Shown piece after piece: positions 9,909-19,512 of a stretch of DNA of 64,000 nucleotides. Made by a program: the position numbers and the translations under genes. Location: NCBI GenBank assembly GCA_963804995.1, contig CAWDSK010000005.1, positions 800,001-864,000 of the forward strand, read 5' to 3'. The stretch comes from an uncultured Acidobacteriota bacterium. GTDB lineage: Bacteria; Acidobacteriota; Terriglobia; UBA7540. Numbering within the stretch: position 1 is the stretch's first letter; each line of letters opens with the position of its first letter. The notes below the pieces were generated by a model that saw only the letters and a program-made list of their open reading frames with translations, was not told where the DNA came from and did no database searches.

Positions 9909-12900
9909 TTAGAAATAAAGCTTCAATGCAAATTGTATTTGCCGTGCTGCGTTGAGGGTGGAACCCACCTGGCCTCCCGAACCCGTGTCAACACCCGATG
10001 AGGGCGCGGAGAAGGTTGGATGGTTGGTTAGATTGAAGAACTCGGCTCGGAACTCCGCCGTCTTGGACTCCGTGATTTTGAAAACCTTGAACAAGGCGAA
10101 GTCTAGGTTCTTCAGACCATTCGCAGTCAGGATGTTCCGGCCTCCCGTCCCATACCGGGTAGCTGCAGGCGGCAAGGCCCACCAGTCCGTCTTGTTACCA
10201 TACAGGGAAGTACAAAGGGAGTTGGCCGTCGTGTAGAACCAGCAATTCACGTTATCGGTTTGGAGGGGAGTGGAAATCACGTCCGGATTCTGGCTCCCCA
10301 CACCCGTATTGGCCTGATCTTCGGTGATGTTCGGGGTATAGGGCAGACCTGTCTGCAGAGTCAGGATGCCGGACATCTCCCATCCCCCTAGAATGTGATT
10401 AGACACTCCGTGCAAGTTGCTCAGATAGTGCCGGCCTTGCCCAAAGGGCAGTTGATAGTCGTAACTGAGTGCGGCAGTGTGAGCGCGGTTCAGGTCGCAC
10501 ACCGCCCGCCAATACGGTATAAGGAGCGTGGTCGCGGCGCCGCCCTCGTTTGATCCGTTGTCAATGCATTTCGAGTAGGTGTAATTTCCGAGGAGCGACA
10601 ACCCGTGCCAGCGGCGTGCAACCACACTTGCCTGAAGGGCGTTGTAATTGGCCAGGCCACCATACTCGTAATAGGTCATCGGCCCCCACTCGACCAGCGG
10701 GCGCCGCGGCTGGATATTCCCCGGTCCTGGCGGCGGATCGTTGGCGCTTTGGCTGAGCCCTTGATGGTGGCTATTGTTCCCCACATACGCCAGATTGAGT
10801 GACACGGAGGACGTAAGCTCGTGTTGCAGCGAGAAATTATATTCTTGAATATAAGTCATCTTCTGGGAGCCGAACGTCCCGGTCGCGAGAGCCGGGGTAG
10901 AACAATCGAGGGCGGTGAAACCTAAGGGGCAGGGCTGGCCAGGGTTCGGGTTCGGAGTGCCCGCCAAAGGTACGCCCAGGTAGAAGTTCCCCCAACTGCG
11001 GGTGGGAGCGAGCGGTGGCCGGTCGTTGAACTCGGTGTCGGCCGCGGCCAGCGGTGGCACCGATACCGTATTGTTGATCAAATCGTTGTCGGGGTAAACG
11101 TAGAAGATCCCGTAACCCGCGCGCAGCGCCCATTTGTCCTTCCCAAAAGGCTTCCAGGCAAAACCCACCCGTGGGGCAAAATCCTTCTTGTCGGCATTTC
11201 GAACCGAGAGTGGAAGCCCTAGAGATTTGGTGAAAACGTACCGGTCGTGGTACAGGGGCACCAATTCGGCGCTGATGGCTTGGGCGGTCGGATCGAAATT
11301 CGACGGAATGATGATTTGATCCGTTGCCAGGTTGATGCCGCTGAGCTGGCCGCGTTGGCCCGTATAGAAGCCGTTGTCTTCCCAGCGCACACCCACATTC
11401 AGCGTTAAGTTGCTGGTGGCCCGGAAATAGTCCTGGAAAAAGAGGGCAGGAAAATTGCCATAGCTTCCCAGCAAGGGTTGACCGCCATCGCGACCGCTGC
11501 TGGTCGGCACACCCAGCAGGAAGTCAGCAAAAGCGTCTCCCGTGTAGGTCCCCACGAAGCCGAAATCGCCCTGCGTCTCACTGCCATTCTTGAACCCGAG
11601 GATATTGTGATATAGCTGAAAGCCCATCTTAATGTCGTGCTTGCCGCTGTTGTAGGTAATCATGTCGGCATATTCGTAGGTGCGCACGTGGTTTGATTTC
11701 GGCAGGTTGTTGCTGGGCGAGCCGTCAAAGCCCGTGTAGCCGTTCAAATCGATTTCCGGGAATCCCCCGAAAAGCTGAAGATCGAAGCCCTGGTAATTCG
11801 CCTCGGATGCCTGGGAGAAATTCGTCGATTGCAGCGGCGCCGAGAACAGGAACATCATGCGGTAATAACCGAAGCGGGCTTCATTGAGCCAATGGGCATT
11901 GAAAACGTGGGTGTCTACCAGCGTGAAGTCCTGGCCGCGGGAATGATCCTGGAGAATACCAAGAGCTGGAAATCTGTCAGGGTTGGCCTCTGTGTTATCC
12001 ATGATTGAATACCGGCCCATTAGCCGATTTTGGGAAGTGAGATTCTCATCGATCTTGATATCGCCTTTCGCCGTGTTCAGCGCCATGCGGTTGCCGAAGA
12101 CGGCCCGCGAAGTGGTCCCTTGCAGGAGGTTAGGCTCCGGCAGGTAACCCAGGAAGAAATTCGCCTGTGGAGAAAACAAGGGCGTGGTGGAAGTCGTGGG
12201 AAGGGAGACGATGTTGCCGGGGAAGGGTGCGTAGGGGGTAGGGGTTGAGAACGGGTTCAGCAATTGAGTCCCGTTCGTGCAGACCCCAGCCGTGAAGGTG
12301 CTGCACAACTCGCTGAAATCTCCTTGCCTCTCCGCCATGCTGGGAACGACGTTGCTGGCTACCAAGGCCTGCCTAACCATAGTCTCTTCATAATCGGCGA
12401 AGAAAAAGGTCTTATCGCGCTTGATCGGCCCACCCACCGTGCCGCCAAACTGATTGCGTCGCATGATGTCCTTGGTGTAGTGGGAACCCGCAGGGGCCTG
12501 AAAGAAGAAGTTGCGAGCGTCGAGCTTGTCATTGCGCAGGAACTCGAACACGTCGCCATGGAACTGGTTCGTGCCACTTTTGATGGTGGCGGTCACAGTC
12601 GTTGGCGTGCGACCGAACTGGGCACCCATGTTGCCGCTTTCCACCTTGAATTCCTGAATGGCGTCGACATTGGGCTGGACTTCCGTGCCGCCCAGTTGGA
12701 CTTCTGTGATGTTCGAGCCATCCAGAGTCCAACCTGTCTTCATGGTATCTGATCCGTTAACCGTTACGTTCACGGCCCTCGCCCGGATAGCAGTAAGCCC
12801 GTTGTAAGGATTGGACCCGCCGGGGGTGTAATTGGCGCCCGGCGTAAGGGCCGTGAGTTGCCAGAAGGCGCGACCGTTTAAGGGAGCGTTGTCCAGGATT

Positions 12901-13322
12901 TGTCTTTCCACCACTTGGCCGACTTCAGCCGTGGTGGTGGCGAGCAGAGGTGCGGCCGTGGTTACAGTGACCTCTTGGGTGGTTGCGCCGACTTGTAGTA
13001 CGGGATCAATTTTAGCGCTCTGCCCAATTTCCAATTGAAAATCCGGGATCGTCGTGGTCTTGAACCCTTGCACTGTCACGGTCAGTGAGTAGTGAGCCAC
13101 GTCCAGGTTCGGAATTGTGTAATCTCCGCTGGAGTCCGTTTTTAGAATTCGTACGGCTCCCGTGCCGAGGTTCTTAAGAGTTACCGTTGCGTTGGGAACC
13201 ACTGCACCGCTCGTGTCCTTCACGGTCCCAACGAGAGTTGCCAGGTTTAGTTGCGCTAGAAGAGTTACACTGCACAAGAACAGGAACAGCAAAAACACAC
13301 CTATCTTTGTATGCTGCGACAT
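9909..13322 (-). CDS. Oar-like TonB-dependent receptor with N-terminal carboxypeptidase regulatory-like domain
   Basis: Signal peptide; GTVKDTSGAVVPNATV; KSGTNQFHG; RNQFGGTVGGP; APRVGFAW; C-terminal RQIQFALKLYF. Confidence 0.93.
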   Translation of the reverse strand: MSQHTKIGVFLLFLFLCSVTLLAQLNLATLVGTVKDTSGAVVPNATVTLKNLGTGAVRILKTDSSGDYTIPNLDVAHYSLTVTVQGFKTTTIPDFQLEIGQSAKIDPVLQVGATTQEVTVTTAAPLLATTTAEVGQVVERQILDNAPLNGRAFWQLTALTPGANYTPGGSNPYNGLTAIRARAVNVTVNGSDTMKTGWTLDGSNITEVQLGGTEVQPNVDAIQEFKVESGNMGAQFGRTPTTVTATIKSGTNQFHGDVFEFLRNDKLDARNFFFQAPAGSHYTKDIMRRNQFGGTVGGPIKRDKTFFFADYEETMVRQALVASNVVPSMAERQGDFSELCSTFTAGVCTNGTQLLNPFSTPTPYAPFPGNIVSLPTTSTTPLFSPQANFFLGYLPEPNLLQGTTSRAVFGNRMALNTAKGDIKIDENLTSQNRLMGRYSIMDNTEANPDRFPALGILQDHSRGQDFTLVDTHVFNAHWLNEARFGYYRMMFLFSAPLQSTNFSQASEANYQGFDLQLFGGFPEIDLNGYTGFDGSPSNNLPKSNHVRTYEYADMITYNSGKHDIKMGFQLYHNILGFKNGSETQGDFGFVGTYTGDAFADFLLGVPTSSGRDGGQPLLGSYGNFPALFFQDYFRATSNLTLNVGVRWEDNGFYTGQRGQLSGINLATDQIIIPSNFDPTAQAISAELVPLYHDRYVFTKSLGLPLSVRNADKKDFAPRVGFAWKPFGKDKWALRAGYGIFYVYPDNDLINNTVSVPPLAAADTEFNDRPPLAPTRSWGNFYLGVPLAGTPNPNPGQPCPLGFTALDCSTPALATGTFGSQKMTYIQEYNFSLQHELTSSVSLNLAYVGNNSHHQGLSQSANDPPPGPGNIQPRRPLVEWGPMTYYEYGGLANYNALQASVVARRWHGLSLLGNYTYSKCIDNGSNEGGAATTLLIPYWRAVCDLNRAHTAALSYDYQLPFGQGRHYLSNLHGVSNHILGGWEMSGILTLQTGLPYTPNITEDQANTGVGSQNPDVISTPLQTDNVNCWFYTTANSLCTSLYGNKTDWWALPPAATRYGTGGRNILTANGLKNLDFALFKVFKITESKTAEFRAEFFNLTNHPTFSAPSSGVDTGSGGQVGSTLNAARQIQFALKLYF

Positions 13323-13886
13323 AGAATTCCCTCCTGTGATGGAAAGACCGTCCCGACGCTATTGCAAGCAATGTGGAAGCCCCGCGCCGCTGGAGAAACG
13401 CTTCCGGAGTATGCCCCCTGCTACAATTGCCGTGCCAAGCTGACCAGCGAGGCAATCTGGCTATTTCTCTCGGCGGGGCGGGGTGAGTTGGATCATGAGG
13501 GTGGCGGCTAAAAATAACTTCCGCCTGGCATACATTCTCCCTTCCCCACATGAAGTGGGTAGCGTCATGGAGAGACCACGAGTTGAGGCACCGCAGCCAA
13601 CCAGTCAACGGGATCGGTGCTTATAAGAAGCCACAGATGCACGTGATCGGCTCTGGGCGAACACTGTAAGAACGAATACGTGTGAACACATCCTCGACGC
13701 ATAGTCTTCACCAGTACGTTATAGGCCCCCGTATACCATAACTTGATTTGAGTTACAAGAGAAACTAGGTCAGTTCTCTAGGGTGAATACGTTTACTCCC
13801 AACCACTCCCCCATCGGTTCGGGACAGGTTCCGGTCAGTGCGACGATTGCCTTGGTTGTGATTCCTTTTGCCCTGGCAAAAATGCA

Positions 13887-15380
13887 TCAGTGCCTATCGG
13901 AGGTTGCATGTCCGGTTGTATCCACCAGGTACAGCACCGCGTCTCCACTGAAGGGCGGAGTAAACGATTGGGAGGGTGATCCAGCGGAAATGGAATCTTT
14001 GAGGATGGTAGCCCCGGTGGAGGGGTTGAACCACTCTACCGCCAATTTGCGTGAAGCCGGCATCGCCGAGAGATCTACCATGAACGAACCGCCCGCAGGA
14101 GCGTAAACCAGGTATTCGGAGCCTGCGGACTGGGTCTGGGCGAGACAATATCCTGTCGAGGACAGGGAGTTCTGCGGAGTGACACGGGCCAAATTCAACT
14201 TACGCGAGTAGTTCAAAATGTATCCCAGGTTGTCGCGGAAATTGTCATAGCGCGTATCCGGCCCGCTGCAAATCATGTTGACCGGAGAAGCACACAGATT
14301 CCGGCTCTCGCGCGGGTAATAGATGAGATAGGGGTCCATGAACAGCACTTGACTGCCGTTCAGGAAGTTCTGCCAGGCATAATTGCGGTTCTGTTGCGGT
14401 GTGTCGTTCCACATCCCGAAGTTGGAATGATCGCTGTCATTGATGTTGACCTTGCAAGCCGGCTTCCCACTTCCGCAGGAGCTGACCGGCGAAATCCGGG
14501 CTTCCGGCGCAACCCAGTCCGCGTCAGAGTTGTAAATGATGCTATCGGGAGATCCGACCGGTCCCGCGTACCCGATGGGGTGCTGGTGCGGCTTCTTGGA
14601 TTCATAGGCTCGAATATGAGCGATCTGGTGATCGTTCCACCACGTGGAATTCGTGGGACCTTCCTCGGACACGATCCAGAGCACGTTGGGCAAATCGTTT
14701 AAGGTGTCGATCACCTTTTCCACATAGGCGTCCTGGAACCTGGTGATGGCATTGGGCGCGGTCACGGTAACAGCGCCGACTCCCTGCTTCGAGTTGCCGG
14801 AGTAGCCGTCGTCGACACCATTGATGTTATTGGCTCCGGTGAAAGGGTACCCGTCCGTTGAGCTACGGAAAATGTTGAGAAACTCCCCGGAGAAAAGATA
14901 GACACCGACGTAGATGCCGGCATTCTGCAGCGCCTTGACACGCTCGCGCAGGCGATCGAAATAGCTGGGGTCCAATTTCGTGAGATCGAATTTCAGGCCG
15001 CCGTCCGTGGCGATCCCGGGACCTGTCCGGAGCCACGGGTGGGGGCTGACGATCAGGTCTGGCGGAGAACTCACAGTACTCGGGAACCCGGAAAACTTCG
15101 GTAATTCCGTATACCACAGCAACGTAAAGTTGTGCCCGTGCGCCGTGAGGAAGCGGACGTAAGCATCGAAATCGATGGCGCGCAGGGACCCGTCGCTGCC
15201 CCAATCCTGAAGCGTGTTCCAGGTCTGAGATCCGTTCAGAATCAGGAGCTTGCCATCCGCGTCCTGGAAGTAATGGGGATTCGCGGAGACGACCAGCGGC
15301 CCCGTGATGTGGGCGGTTGCGGGCAGTGCTGTGGCCGGCACGAGTGCGCTCAAAAGGAGAGCAAGAAAGAGTTTCAACAT
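13887..15380 (-). CDS. Secreted TIM-barrel glycoside hydrolase-like protein (DUF4038/DUF6298-like) with C-terminal collagen-binding-type domain
   Basis: Signal peptide; NPHYFQDADGK; YFDRLRERV; DSDH; C-terminal WFNPSTG...DAVLYL. Confidence 0.65.
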   Translation of the reverse strand: MLKLFLALLLSALVPATALPATAHITGPLVVSANPHYFQDADGKLLILNGSQTWNTLQDWGSDGSLRAIDFDAYVRFLTAHGHNFTLLWYTELPKFSGFPSTVSSPPDLIVSPHPWLRTGPGIATDGGLKFDLTKLDPSYFDRLRERVKALQNAGIYVGVYLFSGEFLNIFRSSTDGYPFTGANNINGVDDGYSGNSKQGVGAVTVTAPNAITRFQDAYVEKVIDTLNDLPNVLWIVSEEGPTNSTWWNDHQIAHIRAYESKKPHQHPIGYAGPVGSPDSIIYNSDADWVAPEARISPVSSCGSGKPACKVNINDSDHSNFGMWNDTPQQNRNYAWQNFLNGSQVLFMDPYLIYYPRESRNLCASPVNMICSGPDTRYDNFRDNLGYILNYSRKLNLARVTPQNSLSSTGYCLAQTQSAGSEYLVYAPAGGSFMVDLSAMPASRKLAVEWFNPSTGATILKDSISAGSPSQSFTPPFSGDAVLYLVDTTGHATSDRH

Positions 15381-15433
15381 AGCAAACGGAGTATAGGGTG
15401 TACGGTCCCAGAACTCAACTCAGCCCAGTTTCC

Positions 15434-15525
15434 GGTAGCGGGTCAATTTGATTTCGTAGCGGCGAGTTTACCTCGCCATATGGCGGCGTCCCGATCTGAT
15501 CGGGGCGACGGAGGGGTTCAAATTC
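15434..15525 (+). repeat. REPIN/MITE-like element, GGTAGyGGGTCAATTTGA family (partial copy)
   Basis: Shares GGGTCAATTTGATTTCG...CCTCGCCATATGGCGGCGTCCCGATCTGATCGGG with the 16079 and 55207 copies. Confidence 0.85.
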
Positions 15526-15701
15526 TGTGCTTGACTTTGTTTACTTTTGAGGTATAATCTTAATCGTACTGTGTGGTCCGGCTCGGCAGGAAGGCTCGGA
15601 AAGGGCAAGGCAGGGCCGGGCAATTGGGCAGGAAGGGAGTTATGTAGTCGCAGCCACACAAGGATTTCGTGGCGCCTTTATGTCTGACCAAGGCGCCTTT
15701 C

Positions 15702-15786
15702 TCCCAAAGCTGAGAACATACTGAAAACAAAGGGCCGGGAGAGAGAAATTTCGTTTCCCAAAGCTGAGAACATCCTGAAAACAAAC
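15702..15786 (+). repeat. Two direct repeats TCCCAAAGCTGAGAACATmCTGAAAACAAA, 54 bp apart
   Basis: 30-bp units differing at one position. Confidence 0.85.
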
Positions 15787-16078
15787 CCACTTACAAGACC
15801 TACCAAAAACTGGAAATCGTCTAGACAAAATGTCCTACAGAAAAAACCTTTTTCCTCGCCCCAGGCTCACCGTTAAGCCGCCGTTTACTATCTAACTGGG
15901 CTACATTGGTTCGCCCCCGCGGAGCGGGTTCTCACCTCGGCGCCACTCCCGTTATCCAGCCCGAGAGGGGGGACACGATCAAGCCCCGGGCGAAGGCTGG
16001 ACAATATCCTGCCCCTCATGCGCCGGCCCATGGACGGTCTTCCTTTTGAGAATCACCTACTGCGTCGGAAGTTTGGGA

Positions 16079-16177
16079 AGTGGGTCAATTTGATTTCGAG
16101 TTCACCTCGCCATATGGCGGCGTCCCGATCTGATCGGGATGAATGCCGCCGCCTCTACATCAAATTGACCCGCTACC
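16079..16177 (+). repeat. REPIN/MITE-like element with terminal inverted repeats GGGTCAATTTGA...TCAAATTGACCC
   Basis: Near-identical to the reverse complement of 55207..55313. Confidence 0.88.
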
Positions 16178-16318
16178 CAGTTTTCTTCCCCGGCATTGTG
16201 CCCAAGGCACAAGATCCCACCTCTCCCCGCGCGGCGGGAAGCAAAAGATTGTTTACTCCCAGGCGCAGGGAGACCACAATAGATATTGCAGATTATCGAA
16301 CGAGGAAAATCGCCCTTG

Positions 16319-19256
16319 ATGACCCAACTTGGAAACGCTGCAAAGCTGTCGAGCGAGAAGATCCTCAACCCCAGCGGGCTTAACCTTTATGGCGGCATCA
16401 CCGCGGATTCGCTGATTTTGGTGGTTCTCGCCGCGGGCCGGGGCACGCGATTCGGTCAGGATCCCAAATGCATTCAACCGGTGTACGGGACTCCGCTGGT
16501 GCGCCATTCGATTGACGCCTTCCGGGGCTTCAACCCGTCGCCAGCGATTTGCCTGGTGGGTTATCGCGCCGATGAGGTGATGAACGCGTTGGGGCAGGAC
16601 AACCTCTACGTGCAATCCGACAACCCCACGGGGGGAACTGCCTTTGCCGCCTTCGAAGCATTCAGCGTTCCCGATTTGTTGGAGCGGAATCCATTACTGA
16701 TCATCACCTATGGCGACCGGATTATTCCCTCGTCCGTGTTCCGCCGCTTGGTACCAGGCCCACCAGTCAGGGGAGCGCGAGGCTGACATTACTTTCCTGA
16801 CGGCGCAATACGAGCCACCCAAGAATCGCGGCAAGGGCCGGGTCTTGCGCGGCCAGGGCGGACGCGTGCTGCGCATCATGGAGGAAGGGGACATCGCCCG
16901 GGAAGCGGACGGGCCCGCGCGCCAGGCGCTTGCTGGAGGTGACAGAAGGAAACTGCCCGCTTTATGCCATCCGCGCGGCCACCTTGCACCGGCATGCGCT
17001 GGGGCTGACCAACAATAACGCTCAGGGCCAGTACTACCTGACGGACCTCATCGAAACCATCAGCCGCGAGAATGGGGATGTGCGCACGGTTACCACGACG
17101 GTGAGTGATCCGGAGTATGACCTGCTCTGCTCCGACGTGACCCGGCCGATGGATCTCGCCCTCTTGGAGGGCCTGCTGGCATCGACGCGCGGCCTGCTGT
17201 TTCCGGAAGACTTGGAGGTGGAAGAGGCGGCGCAAGCGATTATCGCGGATCGCCCGGCCGGGCAGGTGGCGTCCATCGCGCGCCAGTTGGGTGATTTGAT
17301 GTCGGCGGCCGCAAAGGAAAAGCTGGGATTCGACCCCCACCGCCCCATCGGAATTGGAATTTCGGGGGGGCGATTGCGCATTGCCTTCATGCACCCGGAC
17401 ATGGTCCGGTTTTTCGGACCAGCGTGGCAAATGCCCATCGGGGCCGGCGACGCGCAGGGTGAGGAACAGATTGTGGTACTCCTGCAGAGCGCGGACGATG
17501 GGCGCATCCACTTGTTTCCGATAAACCCCAAGTACCGCGAGAGCATCAACTTTGTCCTTTCCGACAATGAGGTGATGTACCCGAGCGAGGACGTCTCAGA
17601 CTTGCATGCGTACGAGGAGTTCGGCACGCGCATGAGCGAGAGCCTGCTGCTCTCCCTCGGTTATTTCAGTGAGGATGAACTGGAGGCGCGGCGGAAGAAG
17701 GGCCAGCCGCTGCCGCCACCCTCGTTGTGGGTGGGCAGTAACATGCGGCGCCCCTTCGCGCTGGTCGGCAATGCCATCGCCTCCATGCGCACGTTGCGCA
17801 GCGGGAGCCTGGGCGCAAAAATCCGCGAACATCTGGGTCGGGACAACTTCCGGGGATTGCGGCTGGTTTCCACGGGGGATATCGCGCAGGGCGGCTTCTC
17901 CAGTTCTTCCGCGCTGACCGTCGCCACCAAGAACGCGATTAATGCGCTGTGGGAAATTGGTATCCCCCCGGACGTTCTGGTGCACCTGGCGAGCCAGGCG
18001 GAGTATGGCACCGGCGTGCGGGCCGGGTCGCTCGATCAGGCGACGGAACAGAAGGGCCGGGCGGGGCAGGGAACGCTGATCTCCTCCAACCCGCGCGACA
18101 ACTACCGAATCATGGGGACTTATCCGGTTCCGGCCGATCGGTTCCAGATTATTTTCCCCTATACCGCGGAGCGCGACCGCAGTGCCTGGCGCTGGTCGTG
18201 GGGCGCCTATGGCGAGGGCGGCGCTTCCGGGCCCCTGACCACCGGAGAGATGCGCAAGCTCACCGGGAAGGCGGCGGAAATGGCCGCGCTTCTGACGCAG
18301 CTTCCGCTCGACACCGATTTCTTCAAGCAGATCGAAGATGACTTGGTGGACGATGGCCTGCTGAGCCGCGAGAGCCGCGCCTGGATTTGTTCGGTCCTGC
18401 GGCAGCTTCCGCTTCTGGCCAAACAGGAAGATCTGCGGCAGCGCCTGGAGGCAAATCGCGATTGGTATGTCGGGCAATTGATGGAAGCGAATGACCTCGA
18501 CAGGCGTGCGGCAACTCAGAAAGCCGATGCCACTGGTGACGTCGCTGGTGGCAGGCTGGCGAGATCCCTTGCTGCGGCGCGCCACGCCGGCGGGGCAAGT
18601 GATCGAGGAATGCGGGGTTCCCCTGCGCGCCATGGTCGCTTACCTGTTTGGCGAAGTGGCCAAGAACTTCTACCTCGTCCACCATCCCGAGGAGTGGATT
18701 GAATATGTCACGCTGTCGCAGCGCGGTGACCGTTCGGTGGAGATCGACCCGGATAGCCTGCCTTCCCGCGCGGCCATGGAAGGGGAATTGGATTGGGAAC
18801 GAGGAGCCACGGGGCCGGAACGGATGAACCTCTGGCTCGATCGGCACGGCGCCGCGCCATTTGATTTCAACCAGGGGCTCGACGACGAGGCGCTATCGCC
18901 TGAAAATCCACCCGAATTTCACCGGCTGAAGGGATCGAATTTTTTCCGCGGGCTGGCCCTGATTGACCTTGGCCGAGGCCATGCTCAAGAAGGCGTTTGG
19001 GCGGCAGGCCGTGGCCGTGCGCGTGAATGCAGCGGGCCAGGGGGACTATTTCCAGGTGCATGTGGACACTCACCAGGCTCCGGTGAGTGAGGTCAAGCAA
19101 TTCATCCGCACTGCGTTCTATCGCCGCTTCGGTTTGTCGCCTGATCCGGAATTTGTGGAGATTCATCCGGGGGGCGGCGCCGTGGGGCTGCATTTGAAGC
19201 GATATGACTCCCTTGCGCAATTGATCCAAAGATTACAGAAGCCTGCGACCGGCTGA
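16319..19256 (+). CDS. Fusion of a GlmU-like nucleotidyltransferase and a galactokinase-like GHMP kinase (four +1 frameshifts)
   Basis: LAAGRGTRF..PK, GTAFA, YGD, NNAQGQYYLTD (NTase); GGFSSSSA, GSLDQA, RVNAAGQG (GHMP); five ORF pieces abut near 16750, 16931, 18535 and 18970. Confidence 0.75.
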
Positions 19257-19512
19257 GGGCGTATGCCTTGACAAGACCTTAGCCGGCTTGCGTAGACCCT
19301 TAGTCCCTGGAGGGCGGCAATGTCCCCCCACCAAGGCGAAGTTGTCCAATAGGTCGCCGATAGTCGTCCCACATCCGCACACCCTCGTCCCACAAACGGA
19401 CACTGTCTTCCCATTTGGGTAGGTGGCCAGCGGCATCGTATTGTCGTCAAAGGGTTTATCGCCCAGTGAAGTGGAAGTATGATTGCGGGGAAGTAGCCGG
19501 AGGAGTCCTTTC

